A stretch of DNA of 64,000 nt, from positions 1 to 64,000 of the IMG/VR virus record IMGVR_UViG_3300025168_000038; one strand, written 5' to 3'. The number at the start of each line of letters is the position of its first letter. Within the stretch, counting starts at the first letter, position 1. The DNA comes from a virus. The translations under genes were made by a program, and so were the position numbers. Shown here piece after piece: positions 37,985-47,854 of this stretch. Under the pieces are notes generated by a model, which had not been told where the DNA came from, did not search any database, and saw only the letters and a list, made by a program, of their open reading frames with translations.

Positions 37985-38283
37985 ATTCAAAAGAAAGAAA
38001 AGAGAGACCAGTCTATACTGGAGTATTAAAATATTTTCCTGATGCTATCCTGGAAGTAGCAAGGGTATCGTTAGCTGGGAACAAACAACATCATCCTGAT
38101 CAACCATTACACTGGGATCGTACAAAGTCTAATGATGACCTAGATGCTTTATCTAGACATCTTATAGATGCTGGTAAAATAGATAATGATGGTATACGTC
38201 ACTCTGCTAAAGTAGCGTGGAGGGCCTTGGCTAACTTACAGAAAGAAATAGAAAAAGCTTATATAATTAAAAATGACTTATGA
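37981..38283 (+). CDS. dATP/dGTP diphosphohydrolase-like protein (DUF5664-type)
   Basis: FPDAILEVARVSLAGNKQH...W...DALSRHL...D.DG.RHSAKVAWRALA. Confidence 0.75.
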   Translation: MNSKERKERPVYTGVLKYFPDAILEVARVSLAGNKQHHPDQPLHWDRTKSNDDLDALSRHLIDAGKIDNDGIRHSAKVAWRALANLQKEIEKAYIIKNDL

Positions 38284-38462
38284 TATACTGGGATATATAC
38301 TATATACCGTGGGATAAACTTTTATTAAAAGATCCTGCTCGTTATACTGAATGGATGATAATAATGGCAGATGATAAAGGAAGTGCTAAAGAGGCAGGAA
38401 GACAAGAAGGTATGGTAACTAAGGTAACTCATCTTAATAAAAATAGAGATACAAGATTTTAA
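38280..38462 (+). CDS. Hypothetical protein
   Basis: Last gene of the plus-strand block. Confidence 0.5.
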   Translation: MIYWDIYYIPWDKLLLKDPARYTEWMIIMADDKGSAKEAGRQEGMVTKVTHLNKNRDTRF

Positions 38463-38563
38463 ATATGATAAGGGATAAGAAGGAGTGGGAATAATCCCAT
38501 AATTTTACAGGCGTAAGATGCCTTAATATTAAATGTTTTACTCCTTTTTATTTCTTATTATAT
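38463..38563 (+). ncRNA. Putative structured RNA at the convergence of the replication and tail blocks
   Basis: 24-bp uninterrupted closing stem with 4 G-U pairs, enclosing two hairpins. Confidence 0.5.
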
Positions 38564-38724
38564 CCTTCTTTAATAATTGTATTCATAGTACCTAGTACTG
38601 TAGAATCAGGATTAGGTCTAAAACCACCTTTACCTCCACCTTCTGAATACTTTACAACAGAACCAGATTCTCTTTTTATACCTGGTTCTACATTACCTAA
38701 TACTTTATTTGTTTTATTGCTCAT
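38548..38724 (-). CDS. Hypothetical 58-aa protein (not in ORF track)
   Basis: MSNKTNKVLGNVEPGIKRESGSVVKYSEGGGKGGFRPNPDSTVLGTMNTIIKEGYNKK. Confidence 0.5.
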   Translation of the reverse strand: MSNKTNKVLGNVEPGIKRESGSVVKYSEGGGKGGFRPNPDSTVLGTMNTIIKEGYNKK

Positions 38725-38731
38725 AATTTAT

Positions 38732-39151
38732 TTATTTCCAGAATATACCACCTACAACATCACCTGCTCCTACTGCATTAGTATTACCATTGGCAGATCC
38801 TGATGTTAAATTCATACCTATTCCTAATTTAAATGCAATACCAATTGGTAAGGATACATCTAAATAACTATCTGCTGCTACACAAAAGATTGCTGCAGGT
38901 ATATCTGCATTGACTGGTGCACTAGCTTTATCAAATAATCTTACAAATACATCAGAGCTGGTATTGTTATGTAAGCTTATAGAATACACACTACCTCCCC
39001 CTTTTTTTATAAAATCTAAATTAGTTGATGCTGTTGAAATTATTTTATGAACTTCTAGTCCTCCAAATCCATATTGGTTTGGAACTGACATGCTTTTTGG
39101 ATAGTCTGAGTTTAGACTAGATGATTCTGATGTGTTAAATTGTACTCCCAT
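38732..39151 (-). CDS. Putative virion structural protein (beta-rich)
   Basis: Composition and position after the fibres. Confidence 0.55.
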   Translation of the reverse strand: MGVQFNTSESSSLNSDYPKSMSVPNQYGFGGLEVHKIISTASTNLDFIKKGGGSVYSISLHNNTSSDVFVRLFDKASAPVNADIPAAIFCVAADSYLDVSLPIGIAFKLGIGMNLTSGSANGNTNAVGAGDVVGGIFWK

Positions 39152-39170
39152 TTTATTTTATTTTTAATTG

Positions 39171-42100
39171 TTATATGCTAAATCCTATGGCTATTAGCTC
39201 TTGTCTTACAAGATTGTAGTAATATACACTACCATTAGATGGCTGATTTGATACACTACCAACATAAGTTATTCTTTTTGGTGCTGTACTTGAAAAACTT
39301 TGTAAACTTTGTGTATTTACAGTATATGCTAATGCTTCTGGGTTGTAACTAGTATTATAACCTAAAGCATTACGTCCTCCTGTTTCAGCAAAACCACCTG
39401 GACCCATTATTTCTTCCAAGTCATTGTTGGCATTAGTTAGTACCCTAAAGGCTATACCTCTATATATTGAATTGTTACCAGCTACTCCTTCTAGTGCATT
39501 AATAAATCCTCTTGTTGCGGATACATCTGCTACTAATACTGTATTTACTGAACCTCCAGGCATTCCTCTATCATTCCAAGTATCAGCACCAACTTCAGTA
39601 GGACCAGCCTTGTAAGTATTGGTTTGTGGGGGAGGTCCAGTGTTAGTGCCTGATTCATCAGCCCATGCCATTACAACAATGCTTTCTGCATCTGGAAAAT
39701 ATCCTGTTGAACCTATTGTTGCTACTTGGAAACCACCTTGTGCTTGGAAACCTAAATAACCAATCGGTCTTTCTTGAGGATTGTGGTACCAATATAAATG
39801 ACTATCATACATATCTTGTCCATTAGTTGCTGAATTTGTATTACCACTAGCAAATGTACCACCTGTTGCATAGTAATCTTGAAGTAAGTTTCTAAAGTTA
39901 TTAGAACCATTGTAGGCTGTTTCCTTTTGATCTTGAGTTAAAGTAAATGTTAGAACATCATTAGCAGTTGCAAAATGATTTGCACTTAACTCTAAGTCAA
40001 GCGTTGCATTACTAGGGGTGCCTCCACCACCTGAAACTACTGTAGTACCTGCAGTAATTCCATTACCTGAAACTTCCATACCATCTATAATACATAAAAA
40101 AGAATCATCTACTAATCCTAATGGATCATTAACTCTTCCTGCTTGATTTCCACTAGCCAGTCTTAGAGTTTTAGAACCAGTAAAACCCCCATTAGATTTA
40201 CTTGTTACTACAGGTACACTACTCATTTGTGCTGTCTCTTGAATTGTGGTAATCATAGATCCTGAAGTATCACTACAGAATACAAAGTATGAATCTTTTG
40301 TTACTGTTAATCCACCAATAGTAAATGATTGTGAACCTAAATTAGGATCTGGATCTCTAACTTCCATTATAACTTCAAAGTTACCACCAGCAATTGGATA
40401 AGTTCCTGCTAAAGTTCCTGTACAGTTATTAGTTGGATCAGGAGTAAAAGTTAACCAACTAGGACTTGGTTGTCCAGAAGGTAAAGGCCATATTTGTACA
40501 GCCCCAGTACTATTTGCATTTACTGTAATTACATAAGTTAAGAGATTACATGGATGATCTGCATCAGATGTAGTCCAGGTATATGTCCAAGCATCTCCGC
40601 CTGTTAAGTTAGGATATGTGTTTGCATCTACTGGATCTTGGGAAGTCCATATTGGAGGTTCAGCTACTGGTGTAATATTTAAGACAATTGTACCTGGAGC
40701 ACTATCACAGTAACCATCATTATAAGTATATGTAAATGTTGTACTTCCATTAAAGTTTGTAGTAGGTGTAAATACAAATGCACCCGTACTTGAATTAAAA
40801 ACTAATGTTCCTGCTGCAGGATTAGCTAATGCACTTGCTGTATATACCCCTGTATACCCTCCATAACCATCATCTACTGCAGTAACAGTTTGAGATATAG
40901 GATTGTCTTCAAGCGCAGTATAGGTTGCATTACTAACAGTTGGACATGTGTTTAAAGAAAATAATTTACAACAAGACTCCCAGTATAACACATATTTATA
41001 TGCAAAACCTCCTCCAGGGATCTCGTAGTTATGATATTTGAATTTAAGTGACTCACCATATTTAAGTGTTGATGTAGGATAACCGTTATCAAATCCTGCT
41101 GCCCAGCTTATTTTACTATTATATAGATTACCAACAGTACCCCACCCAATAGGAAATCTTAGTACATCATCTGCTAGAAATGTTCCTTGCTTTACATTTT
41201 CTGCTATAACAACTCCTGTCTGACCATCAGTTAATGTAGTCATACCTTTAATTGATCTATACGGTACTGTAGTATCATCTAGTGATATGTATGCATTTAA
41301 AAATGTCTGATTCCAATCTGCTGTAGTACTCATTGTAAGAGTATCAAATCCTACAGGAGGAACAATTGTAGCAACATTTCTAAATTTAACTTCATTAGCA
41401 GAACTCGCATCTCTTACTAATACTTCTGTAAGTGTGTCATCTTGTGTTACAGTATCTAGATATAGTTCTTTTGTTTGTTGTAGACTACCATCATTAGTAA
41501 GTTTTTGATTAGTAAAATTAGGATCAGCCACTGGATAATTTGCAGGAGGTTGAACCATACCACTTTGTATTAATAGTGAACTCTGTAAATTTAATCCATC
41601 AGGAGACCATAAAGGTACTCTTCTAAGTGTGCTAGTTCCTGTAAGACCAATACTATTTGCAAATCTAAATTTAACTTGACCTGTACTTGTATCTAGTACA
41701 AGAACCTTTTCTTGTGTAGCATCTTGAGGTACATCTAGTAATTTCATTGTACCTGTATTTATCCACTTACCAGAATTTGTAATTGTTTGAGTAGCAAAAC
41801 TTGGATCTACAATTGGAAGATTATTATCTTGAACTAATAGAGAATCTATTAACGTATTAGTAGTATTAAATGCAGATAATCTGAATGGAGTTCCACTACC
41901 ATTAATTCCTGGATTGGGAGCCCAGCTAGGGAAACCATTTGGTCCTCCAGATGTTAAAACATCATTATTATTACCTGTCCCAAGTGCTCCAGAAGTGAAA
42001 GATCCAACTGCTGGAACAATAGTACCAGAAGGTGGCTGAGGGTTTTTATATCCTATAATTAATTCACCAAATTGTAAATCTGGTATTGCCTGATCTCCCC

Positions 42101-42842
42101 ATAAAACTCTTCCGTCTGATACACCTGCGTTGTTTGGATCTTCTCTTGCTATAAGTACTTGACCTATATTTGGTAATCCCGTACCACCACCTGATGAAGC
42201 AGCATCAAACACAGGACCACTTAAAATAAGTTTGTTATTAACTCTAGTACTAGTAGGTGGTGAGCTAGCACCAGTAGTAATACTTCCAAAACTAGTATTT
42301 ACAAATCCATTAACTAAAAAGTTGTTGCCGTTAGTAAAAGTAAAACTATCATTTGTTTTTAATTCACCATCTTTATCTGCAAAAACCACTTGACCACGGA
42401 AATTTGGGAAAGGATTGTTTGGTTGTAACTTAGGAATAAAAACTCTATCATAAACAGTGAGTGAAGCAGGTTTAAATGATGTGCCAACATATATCATTGG
42501 ATCTCCAACACCTATTTCCTGACTCATTATAGAATTCTTTATTGTATCCCAATTACATTGTCCTGATGGGACAGTATATACAGGAATTATACCAGGTTCT
42601 CCAGAATATTTTTCAGTGCTTGTAAATCTACCAAGACCCATGGGTCCTGTTTGACTACATAACCAACTACCAGCACTAATTGATAAAGCCTGACCTTGAG
42701 GAGCAAAACCTCCTGCTGAAGTTTTTGCTCTAGACAAAGCACCTTTTCTTACAAACTGAAAATAATCATCAGTTGGATTTAAAGATGTCTTAACAAAATT
42801 TCTTTTTAATAGTCCTAGTACTTCCTGTACAAATATGCTCAT
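39171..42842 (-). CDS. Tail fibre / adhesin with cadherin-like Ig domains and a C-terminal vWA-like domain
   Basis: Shared fibre N-terminus; LEDNPISQTVTAVDD...FTPTTNFNGSTTFTY; DTSGSM. Confidence 0.75.
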   Translation of the reverse strand: MSIFVQEVLGLLKRNFVKTSLNPTDDYFQFVRKGALSRAKTSAGGFAPQGQALSISAGSWLCSQTGPMGLGRFTSTEKYSGEPGIIPVYTVPSGQCNWDTIKNSIMSQEIGVGDPMIYVGTSFKPASLTVYDRVFIPKLQPNNPFPNFRGQVVFADKDGELKTNDSFTFTNGNNFLVNGFVNTSFGSITTGASSPPTSTRVNNKLILSGPVFDAASSGGGTGLPNIGQVLIAREDPNNAGVSDGRVLWGDQAIPDLQFGELIIGYKNPQPPSGTIVPAVGSFTSGALGTGNNNDVLTSGGPNGFPSWAPNPGINGSGTPFRLSAFNTTNTLIDSLLVQDNNLPIVDPSFATQTITNSGKWINTGTMKLLDVPQDATQEKVLVLDTSTGQVKFRFANSIGLTGTSTLRRVPLWSPDGLNLQSSLLIQSGMVQPPANYPVADPNFTNQKLTNDGSLQQTKELYLDTVTQDDTLTEVLVRDASSANEVKFRNVATIVPPVGFDTLTMSTTADWNQTFLNAYISLDDTTVPYRSIKGMTTLTDGQTGVVIAENVKQGTFLADDVLRFPIGWGTVGNLYNSKISWAAGFDNGYPTSTLKYGESLKFKYHNYEIPGGGFAYKYVLYWESCCKLFSLNTCPTVSNATYTALEDNPISQTVTAVDDGYGGYTGVYTASALANPAAGTLVFNSSTGAFVFTPTTNFNGSTTFTYTYNDGYCDSAPGTIVLNITPVAEPPIWTSQDPVDANTYPNLTGGDAWTYTWTTSDADHPCNLLTYVITVNANSTGAVQIWPLPSGQPSPSWLTFTPDPTNNCTGTLAGTYPIAGGNFEVIMEVRDPDPNLGSQSFTIGGLTVTKDSYFVFCSDTSGSMITTIQETAQMSSVPVVTSKSNGGFTGSKTLRLASGNQAGRVNDPLGLVDDSFLCIIDGMEVSGNGITAGTTVVSGGGGTPSNATLDLELSANHFATANDVLTFTLTQDQKETAYNGSNNFRNLLQDYYATGGTFASGNTNSATNGQDMYDSHLYWYHNPQERPIGYLGFQAQGGFQVATIGSTGYFPDAESIVVMAWADESGTNTGPPPQTNTYKAGPTEVGADTWNDRGMPGGSVNTVLVADVSATRGFINALEGVAGNNSIYRGIAFRVLTNANNDLEEIMGPGGFAETGGRNALGYNTSYNPEALAYTVNTQSLQSFSSTAPKRITYVGSVSNQPSNGSVYYYNLVRQELIAIGFSI

Positions 42843-42872
42843 AATATGTGTTTTTTACAAATATATTAAATT

Positions 42873-45800
42873 TTATGCATATACTGTAATGTTAATATTT
42901 GGGTTAATACCACTTGGTGTACCATTAGCACATGTTTTTAATACTACAATAAAGCCTGATGTTGTTTTAGTTCTTATTTCACAATATACACAACCACCAG
43001 CATTTTCTATTTCTGGATTAGCATTAACTAAATATGTAGCATTAGATCTTGTTTGGTTAAAAGTTACTTCATATACATAACCTGTTACAGATACAGTGTT
43101 ATTTCCAGAAAATAAAGATTTTCCTTGATTTTCAATTCCTCCTGTACTCATAGCAAAGTAATCAGTTGGTTGTCTATCTACTGCTACTGCAGCTCCACTT
43201 GATGCAGCAGTAAGTCTTCCTTGTTGGTCTACTGTAATAGTAGAACTAGTATACGTACCTGGAGTTACAGATGTATCAGAAATTTTAATTTCTATAGTGT
43301 CATTACCTGCTGATGTTGTTGCTACACCAGTTCCTCCAGATAAAATTAATGTATTTCCATCTGTAATTGAATTTGTAGTTCCAGTATCTCCTTTAGCACT
43401 AAATGAATACTGAGCAGTATCTGTCCACGGAACATTAACTACTAATTGTTCAGCAGCGTTAATTTGTAATCCATATGTTCTACTAGCTATAGCACTTACT
43501 GCATTTGCAGCAACTGTCTGAGTTATATCTGAACTTAATTCAGCACCACCACGTGCAGTAGCTGTCATTAAAGGTAATGCGTAATCATTCCATGGTACAT
43601 TAACTACCATCTGACCTGCAGCATTTAATTGGATACCATATGTTCTAAGTGCAGTAGTACTTATTGAAGCAGAAGCAACTGTTTGAACTGTATTTGAAAA
43701 CAATTCAACTCCACCAAGTACAGTTGCTGTTGCAACTGGTAAAGTGTAAGCTCCAGCATACTGGGGTATGTTAAGAACACCACTACTTAATGTAGCTGCA
43801 CCTGAAGTTCCTGTCGTAGTTAAACTAACAAATGTTGGTGCTGAACCTGCTACAACACTAGTTACATGTCCTTGTGCATCTGTAACTACTGAACTTGGAT
43901 AAGCAAATGTACCTGCTGTACCAAACGCATCATGATTAACTGTAATTGTGTCTGGAGCTGAAGTAACTGAAGTTAATGCAGTTCCTCCTAATACCTTAAC
44001 GGCATTTCCACTTGCAACAGTTTGTGCAAGTCCTGAATCTCCTTGTATAGTAAAGCCTTCATAGTAACCAGGCATAGTATTAATTGCAACCTTATAAACA
44101 TTAGTATCAGTTAGATCACTAAATGCTATAAAGTCTTCTGGTGCTGCTACTACTGTAGATCTTAAGTTAATATAGTTATCAGCACCTAAATAATCCAAGT
44201 TAAAAGTAATTCCGGATGCTGTATTTAGTGTTGTTATACCTAGTCCTCCTGCAAAATCTACTATGTTACCACTATTTATAGTAACATTTGATCCTGCATC
44301 TGCTTGAGTTACCCAAGTATAACCACCTGCAGGACCATTTGCTGCTGCTGTTAGTCTACCTTGTGCGTCAACTGTTATATTAGCATTTGTATATGAACCA
44401 GCTGTTACTGCTGTGTTATCTAAATCAAGTGTAAGCTTTCTTGTACCTGCTAAAGTTGATGTTAAACCAACGCCTCCTAAAACTTCTAATATTTCACCAT
44501 TAGCTACTGTTTGATTTGCTCCTACATCAGAACCAACAGTCCATGATGTCATTCCAGCACCACCACTGCTTGCTGTAGTTATTCTTCCATATGTATCAAC
44601 AGTTACATTTGCATTTGTATAAGATCCTGCTACTACACCACTTGCTGTGCTGTTTATATTAATTGTATCTCCTCCTGAGTTTACAGTAGTTAGAGTACCT
44701 GTAGTATTTCTAAATTTAATTACTTCATCCTTTAAAACCTCTATATTAGTACCTGTTACTGAATCTGCAAGCCATCTATAGTTAGTTGGAAAACTTGATA
44801 GTAATGATTTTTTAATAGTGCTGTCTGTTGCATCACTAAACCAAAAGAAATCATCTGGATCTGGTGCAGCTGTGTTTGCAAATAATATTGCATTAGTTGC
44901 ACTAGCATATGTTATATTTACTGTAGGCGTTAGCGTTGCTGTTCCTGTTACAGTTATCCCATTTCCACCTGATACTGAAGTCACTGTACCACCAGATGCA
45001 TAATTAGGAATATTTAATACTCCTGAATTTAATGTTGCAGCTCCTGATGTTCCAGTAGTTGTTAAACTTGTGAAAGGAATTGTTAACGTAGCTAAATTAC
45101 CTTGACCTGTTATATATTGAGCTGCGCTTCCTGCCCATGTAAATCCTAAAGCTGGTGCAGTTGTAGGGTTTGCAACAGTTACATCAAAAGCATCTCCTGC
45201 AATTGTTGCACTTACTGTAGTTACACTACCAGATCCTGCCGGTATTGCCCATGTATTATCTCCTCTAAGGAATGTAGTATTACCTGGAGTTCCTGTTGCT
45301 GATAAATCTCCTGTAATTGTACCTGCAGCTGTTATTGTTCCACCAGTTACATTTACAAATGTTCCATTAGATGTTGCTACAGAAGTTACTGTACCTGCAG
45401 GAATAGCCGGAAAAGTAACTAAGTCTCCCTCTCCATTTATATATTGAGAAGCTGTACCTGCCATTGTAAAAGATACATTTCCTGCAGTTGTTACAGCAGA
45501 TCCGTCAATAAATGCATTACCATCAGTTTGTAAACCAACAGAAGTTACTGTCCCAGTTCCTACTGTAGGAAAGGTTACTAAATCACCTGCACCATTCACA
45601 TATTGAGATGATGAACCTGCCCAAGTAAAAGCTAATGTACCAGAAGAAGTAATAGGAGTTCCTGCCACATCTAATGCATTACCAGCTGTTGATGCTGCAA
45701 CACTTGTAACTGTTCCAGTTCCACCAGAAGCAGTAATTGTAACTTGGTTTGATCCGTTATCTGATAGTGTTATATTATTACCAGCTACTAATTTTACTGT

Positions 45801-46088
45801 ATCTACACTTGCATCTGACCCTGTAAGTTTTAAATCTACACTCCCTCCAGGTGCTTGTATACTACTATAATCATAAGTAGTATTTGCAGCTACTACAATA
45901 GCATCTGCAAATTGTTTAGCTGAAATTAAATTTTGATCTACTTTAGGTAAGTAAGCCATTACATTTAATGAACTATCTCCTTTATTAGATAGTACAAAAT
46001 AATCATCCTCGCTTGGTACATAAGGTAGAGGTTTTACAAATTTTTTCTTTGAAAATAGTGTTAAAACATCTTGAAGTAGTGAGCCCAT
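42873..46088 (-). CDS. Tail fibre with G/T-rich repeats
   Basis: Repeated GTVTSV and GSYTNANITVDxxGRLTAA units. Confidence 0.85.
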   Translation of the reverse strand: MGSLLQDVLTLFSKKKFVKPLPYVPSEDDYFVLSNKGDSSLNVMAYLPKVDQNLISAKQFADAIVVAANTTYDYSSIQAPGGSVDLKLTGSDASVDTVKLVAGNNITLSDNGSNQVTITASGGTGTVTSVAASTAGNALDVAGTPITSSGTLAFTWAGSSSQYVNGAGDLVTFPTVGTGTVTSVGLQTDGNAFIDGSAVTTAGNVSFTMAGTASQYINGEGDLVTFPAIPAGTVTSVATSNGTFVNVTGGTITAAGTITGDLSATGTPGNTTFLRGDNTWAIPAGSGSVTTVSATIAGDAFDVTVANPTTAPALGFTWAGSAAQYITGQGNLATLTIPFTSLTTTGTSGAATLNSGVLNIPNYASGGTVTSVSGGNGITVTGTATLTPTVNITYASATNAILFANTAAPDPDDFFWFSDATDSTIKKSLLSSFPTNYRWLADSVTGTNIEVLKDEVIKFRNTTGTLTTVNSGGDTININSTASGVVAGSYTNANVTVDTYGRITTASSGGAGMTSWTVGSDVGANQTVANGEILEVLGGVGLTSTLAGTRKLTLDLDNTAVTAGSYTNANITVDAQGRLTAAANGPAGGYTWVTQADAGSNVTINSGNIVDFAGGLGITTLNTASGITFNLDYLGADNYINLRSTVVAAPEDFIAFSDLTDTNVYKVAINTMPGYYEGFTIQGDSGLAQTVASGNAVKVLGGTALTSVTSAPDTITVNHDAFGTAGTFAYPSSVVTDAQGHVTSVVAGSAPTFVSLTTTGTSGAATLSSGVLNIPQYAGAYTLPVATATVLGGVELFSNTVQTVASASISTTALRTYGIQLNAAGQMVVNVPWNDYALPLMTATARGGAELSSDITQTVAANAVSAIASRTYGLQINAAEQLVVNVPWTDTAQYSFSAKGDTGTTNSITDGNTLILSGGTGVATTSAGNDTIEIKISDTSVTPGTYTSSTITVDQQGRLTAASSGAAVAVDRQPTDYFAMSTGGIENQGKSLFSGNNTVSVTGYVYEVTFNQTRSNATYLVNANPEIENAGGCVYCEIRTKTTSGFIVVLKTCANGTPSGINPNINITVYA
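43200..45070 (-). repeat. Intragenic fibre repeats, also shared with the 47855-49477 fibre
   Basis: GSYTNANITVDxxGRLTAA-type units; SLTTTGTSGAATLxSGVLNIPxYA occurs twice. Confidence 0.75.
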
Positions 46089-46098
46089 TGTTTATTGT

Positions 46099-46443
46099 TT
46101 ATAAGTACAGAGCAGATAGCTTTACGCTTGTCTGTGCTGAACATGTTATTGTTATATTACCAGTAGCATCATTAAAAGCATCAACTTCAAAAGGTCCTAA
46201 AAATCCTTCCTCACCAGCCGCTAAGCTAAGTACTGCATTTTCTTTTTTAAGTGTACCCAATAAAGGATCCACTACTGTTGTAACAACTGGAACTACTGTA
46301 GCTGTCATAGTTACACCTCCACCATTTTCAACATGAAAAAATTGTATTGCTGTATTTGCAAGTGTATCACCACTTACACCTGGAGTAACCGTTACAGGTT
46401 TTAATCCAGCTTGAGTTATTTGTTGTGCTGTTAATACTGCCAT
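46099..46443 (-). CDS. Putative structural protein
   Basis: Beta-rich, 114 aa. Confidence 0.55.
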   Translation of the reverse strand: MAVLTAQQITQAGLKPVTVTPGVSGDTLANTAIQFFHVENGGGVTMTATVVPVVTTVVDPLLGTLKKENAVLSLAAGEEGFLGPFEVDAFNDATGNITITCSAQTSVKLSALYL

Positions 46444-46453
46444 AATATTTTAT

Positions 46454-46699
46454 TTATTTACCGTTTACATATCCACTTCTAAAAGCAGCTGACTGAACTG
46501 GTTCTGCAGCTCTAGTAGACTTTTGTGGTGGATTTAAATTTGTTTTCTTTGCTAGCTTAATTCTAGCTGCAACTTTTTTCTTATTCTCAGCATTCTGTAA
46601 TGATTGTTGAATAGATGTAGGATTATAATATCCATTAGTTGTTTCTCTGTTATACACCTCTCCTTGCATAGGAAAGGATGCTTTATTTGCTTTACCCAT
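46454..46699 (-). CDS. Small basic protein
   Basis: 81-aa ORF. Confidence 0.55.
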   Translation of the reverse strand: MGKANKASFPMQGEVYNRETTNGYYNPTSIQQSLQNAENKKKVAARIKLAKKTNLNPPQKSTRAAEPVQSAAFRSGYVNGK

Positions 46700-46704
46700 T
46701 TTTT

Positions 46705-46788
46705 TTATTTTTTAAGTAAGTGTGATCCATCACAAATTCCTTCAGAATTCTGCGTGCCACCACATGTACATTGATTTCTATTATTCAT
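46705..46788 (-). CDS. 27-aa CDGSH iron-sulfur motif peptide (not in ORF track)
   Basis: MNNRNQCTCGGTQNSEGICDGSHLLKK; fills the gap between two co-oriented genes. Confidence 0.8.
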   Translation of the reverse strand: MNNRNQCTCGGTQNSEGICDGSHLLKK

Positions 46789-46789
46789 T

Positions 46790-46987
46790 TTATTTTTTCA
46801 TTTTACCTAATGTTAAAGCAAGCCTAGCACGCTGTGCAGTCTTACCACTTCCTTTTGCTTTCTCTCTCAACCAGCTTTTTTTAATTGTACCATCTGCCTT
46901 CATGGCTCCTGCTCTTTTTGCAGTTGCTTTTAAAGCACCAGGCTTTTTAATTGCCCCTTTGATCCAATTTTTTTTCTTAGCTGCCAT
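46790..46987 (-). CDS. Small highly basic protein
   Basis: KNWIKGAIKKPGAL...QRARLALTLGKM. Confidence 0.7.
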   Translation of the reverse strand: MAAKKKNWIKGAIKKPGALKATAKRAGAMKADGTIKKSWLREKAKGSGKTAQRARLALTLGKMKK

Positions 46988-46992
46988 CCTTA

Positions 46993-47436
46993 TTATTTTT
47001 TACGTCCACTTGATCTGTTACCAGAATAAGCTCTTTTACCTGCAGCTTTTTTAGCTCCTTTACTTTCATCTCTTCTAGACTTCATAGATTGTTTCTTCTT
47101 TCCGTTTCTCATTCCTAAAGACTCATTTAATCTAGAATTGTAACCCTGCTTTTTCTTTTTCTTTTTAACAGCTCCACCTTTTTTCATCATTCCTTGTACA
47201 GGATCTAATACTGAACCACCATTATCTTTAAACATTTCTAAACCACCAGCTGCAGCCATTGTATCCATAGCCATAGCTTGTGGAGTAAGATCTCTCATTC
47301 CATCAATTGATGATGTAAAGCCTCCCATTCCGGTTCCTCCCATATCATATCTTTTCATGTTATTTACTTTTTTCTTTTTTTTCTTTGCTGAAGAGCTTCC
47401 ACCTATTTTGTAAGCATTTCTCATATTGTTTGGCAT
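46993..47436 (-). CDS. Basic low-complexity protein with K/M-GG motifs
   Basis: YKIGG, YDMGG, MKKGG and poly-K runs. Confidence 0.65.
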   Translation of the reverse strand: MPNNMRNAYKIGGSSSAKKKKKKVNNMKRYDMGGTGMGGFTSSIDGMRDLTPQAMAMDTMAAAGGLEMFKDNGGSVLDPVQGMMKKGGAVKKKKKKQGYNSRLNESLGMRNGKKKQSMKSRRDESKGAKKAAGKRAYSGNRSSGRKK

Positions 47437-47448
47437 AATTTCTAAATT

Positions 47449-47850
47449 TTATTTGTTATTGTTTTTTACTTTTTCTAATGAACGTCCTCCAAAGTATGCA
47501 CCTATTACTGTAATTAAAACTAATTGTAATAAATCCACCCAAGAAGCTTTGACATCAAATGAAATAAAACCTGCATCAACAAATACTAATAGTACTGTTG
47601 ATACAACTAAAAATATTAATGTCATTGGTCTTACGTTCTTACTTAACCAACTATCTGAATTCATATCTGAACTCCATCTTGTTGAAATTTCTTTCTCCAT
47701 ATCTACTTCATGCTTGGAGATTAACTCTTTTATCTTTAACTCAGCAGCAAGCTTTTCATCAGCTGAAGTATGTAGCTCGTCTATAACTCCACCAATACCT
47801 TTAACTAATTCTTTAGCTCCTCCTGAAAATATTTTACTTAGTATACTCAT
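47449..47850 (-). CDS. Holin (3TM GTA-holin-like)
   Basis: RWSSDMNSDSWLSKNVRP, two transmembrane helices and YFGGRSLEK. Confidence 0.85.
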   Translation of the reverse strand: MSILSKIFSGGAKELVKGIGGVIDELHTSADEKLAAELKIKELISKHEVDMEKEISTRWSSDMNSDSWLSKNVRPMTLIFLVVSTVLLVFVDAGFISFDVKASWVDLLQLVLITVIGAYFGGRSLEKVKNNNK

Positions 47851-47854
47851 AATT

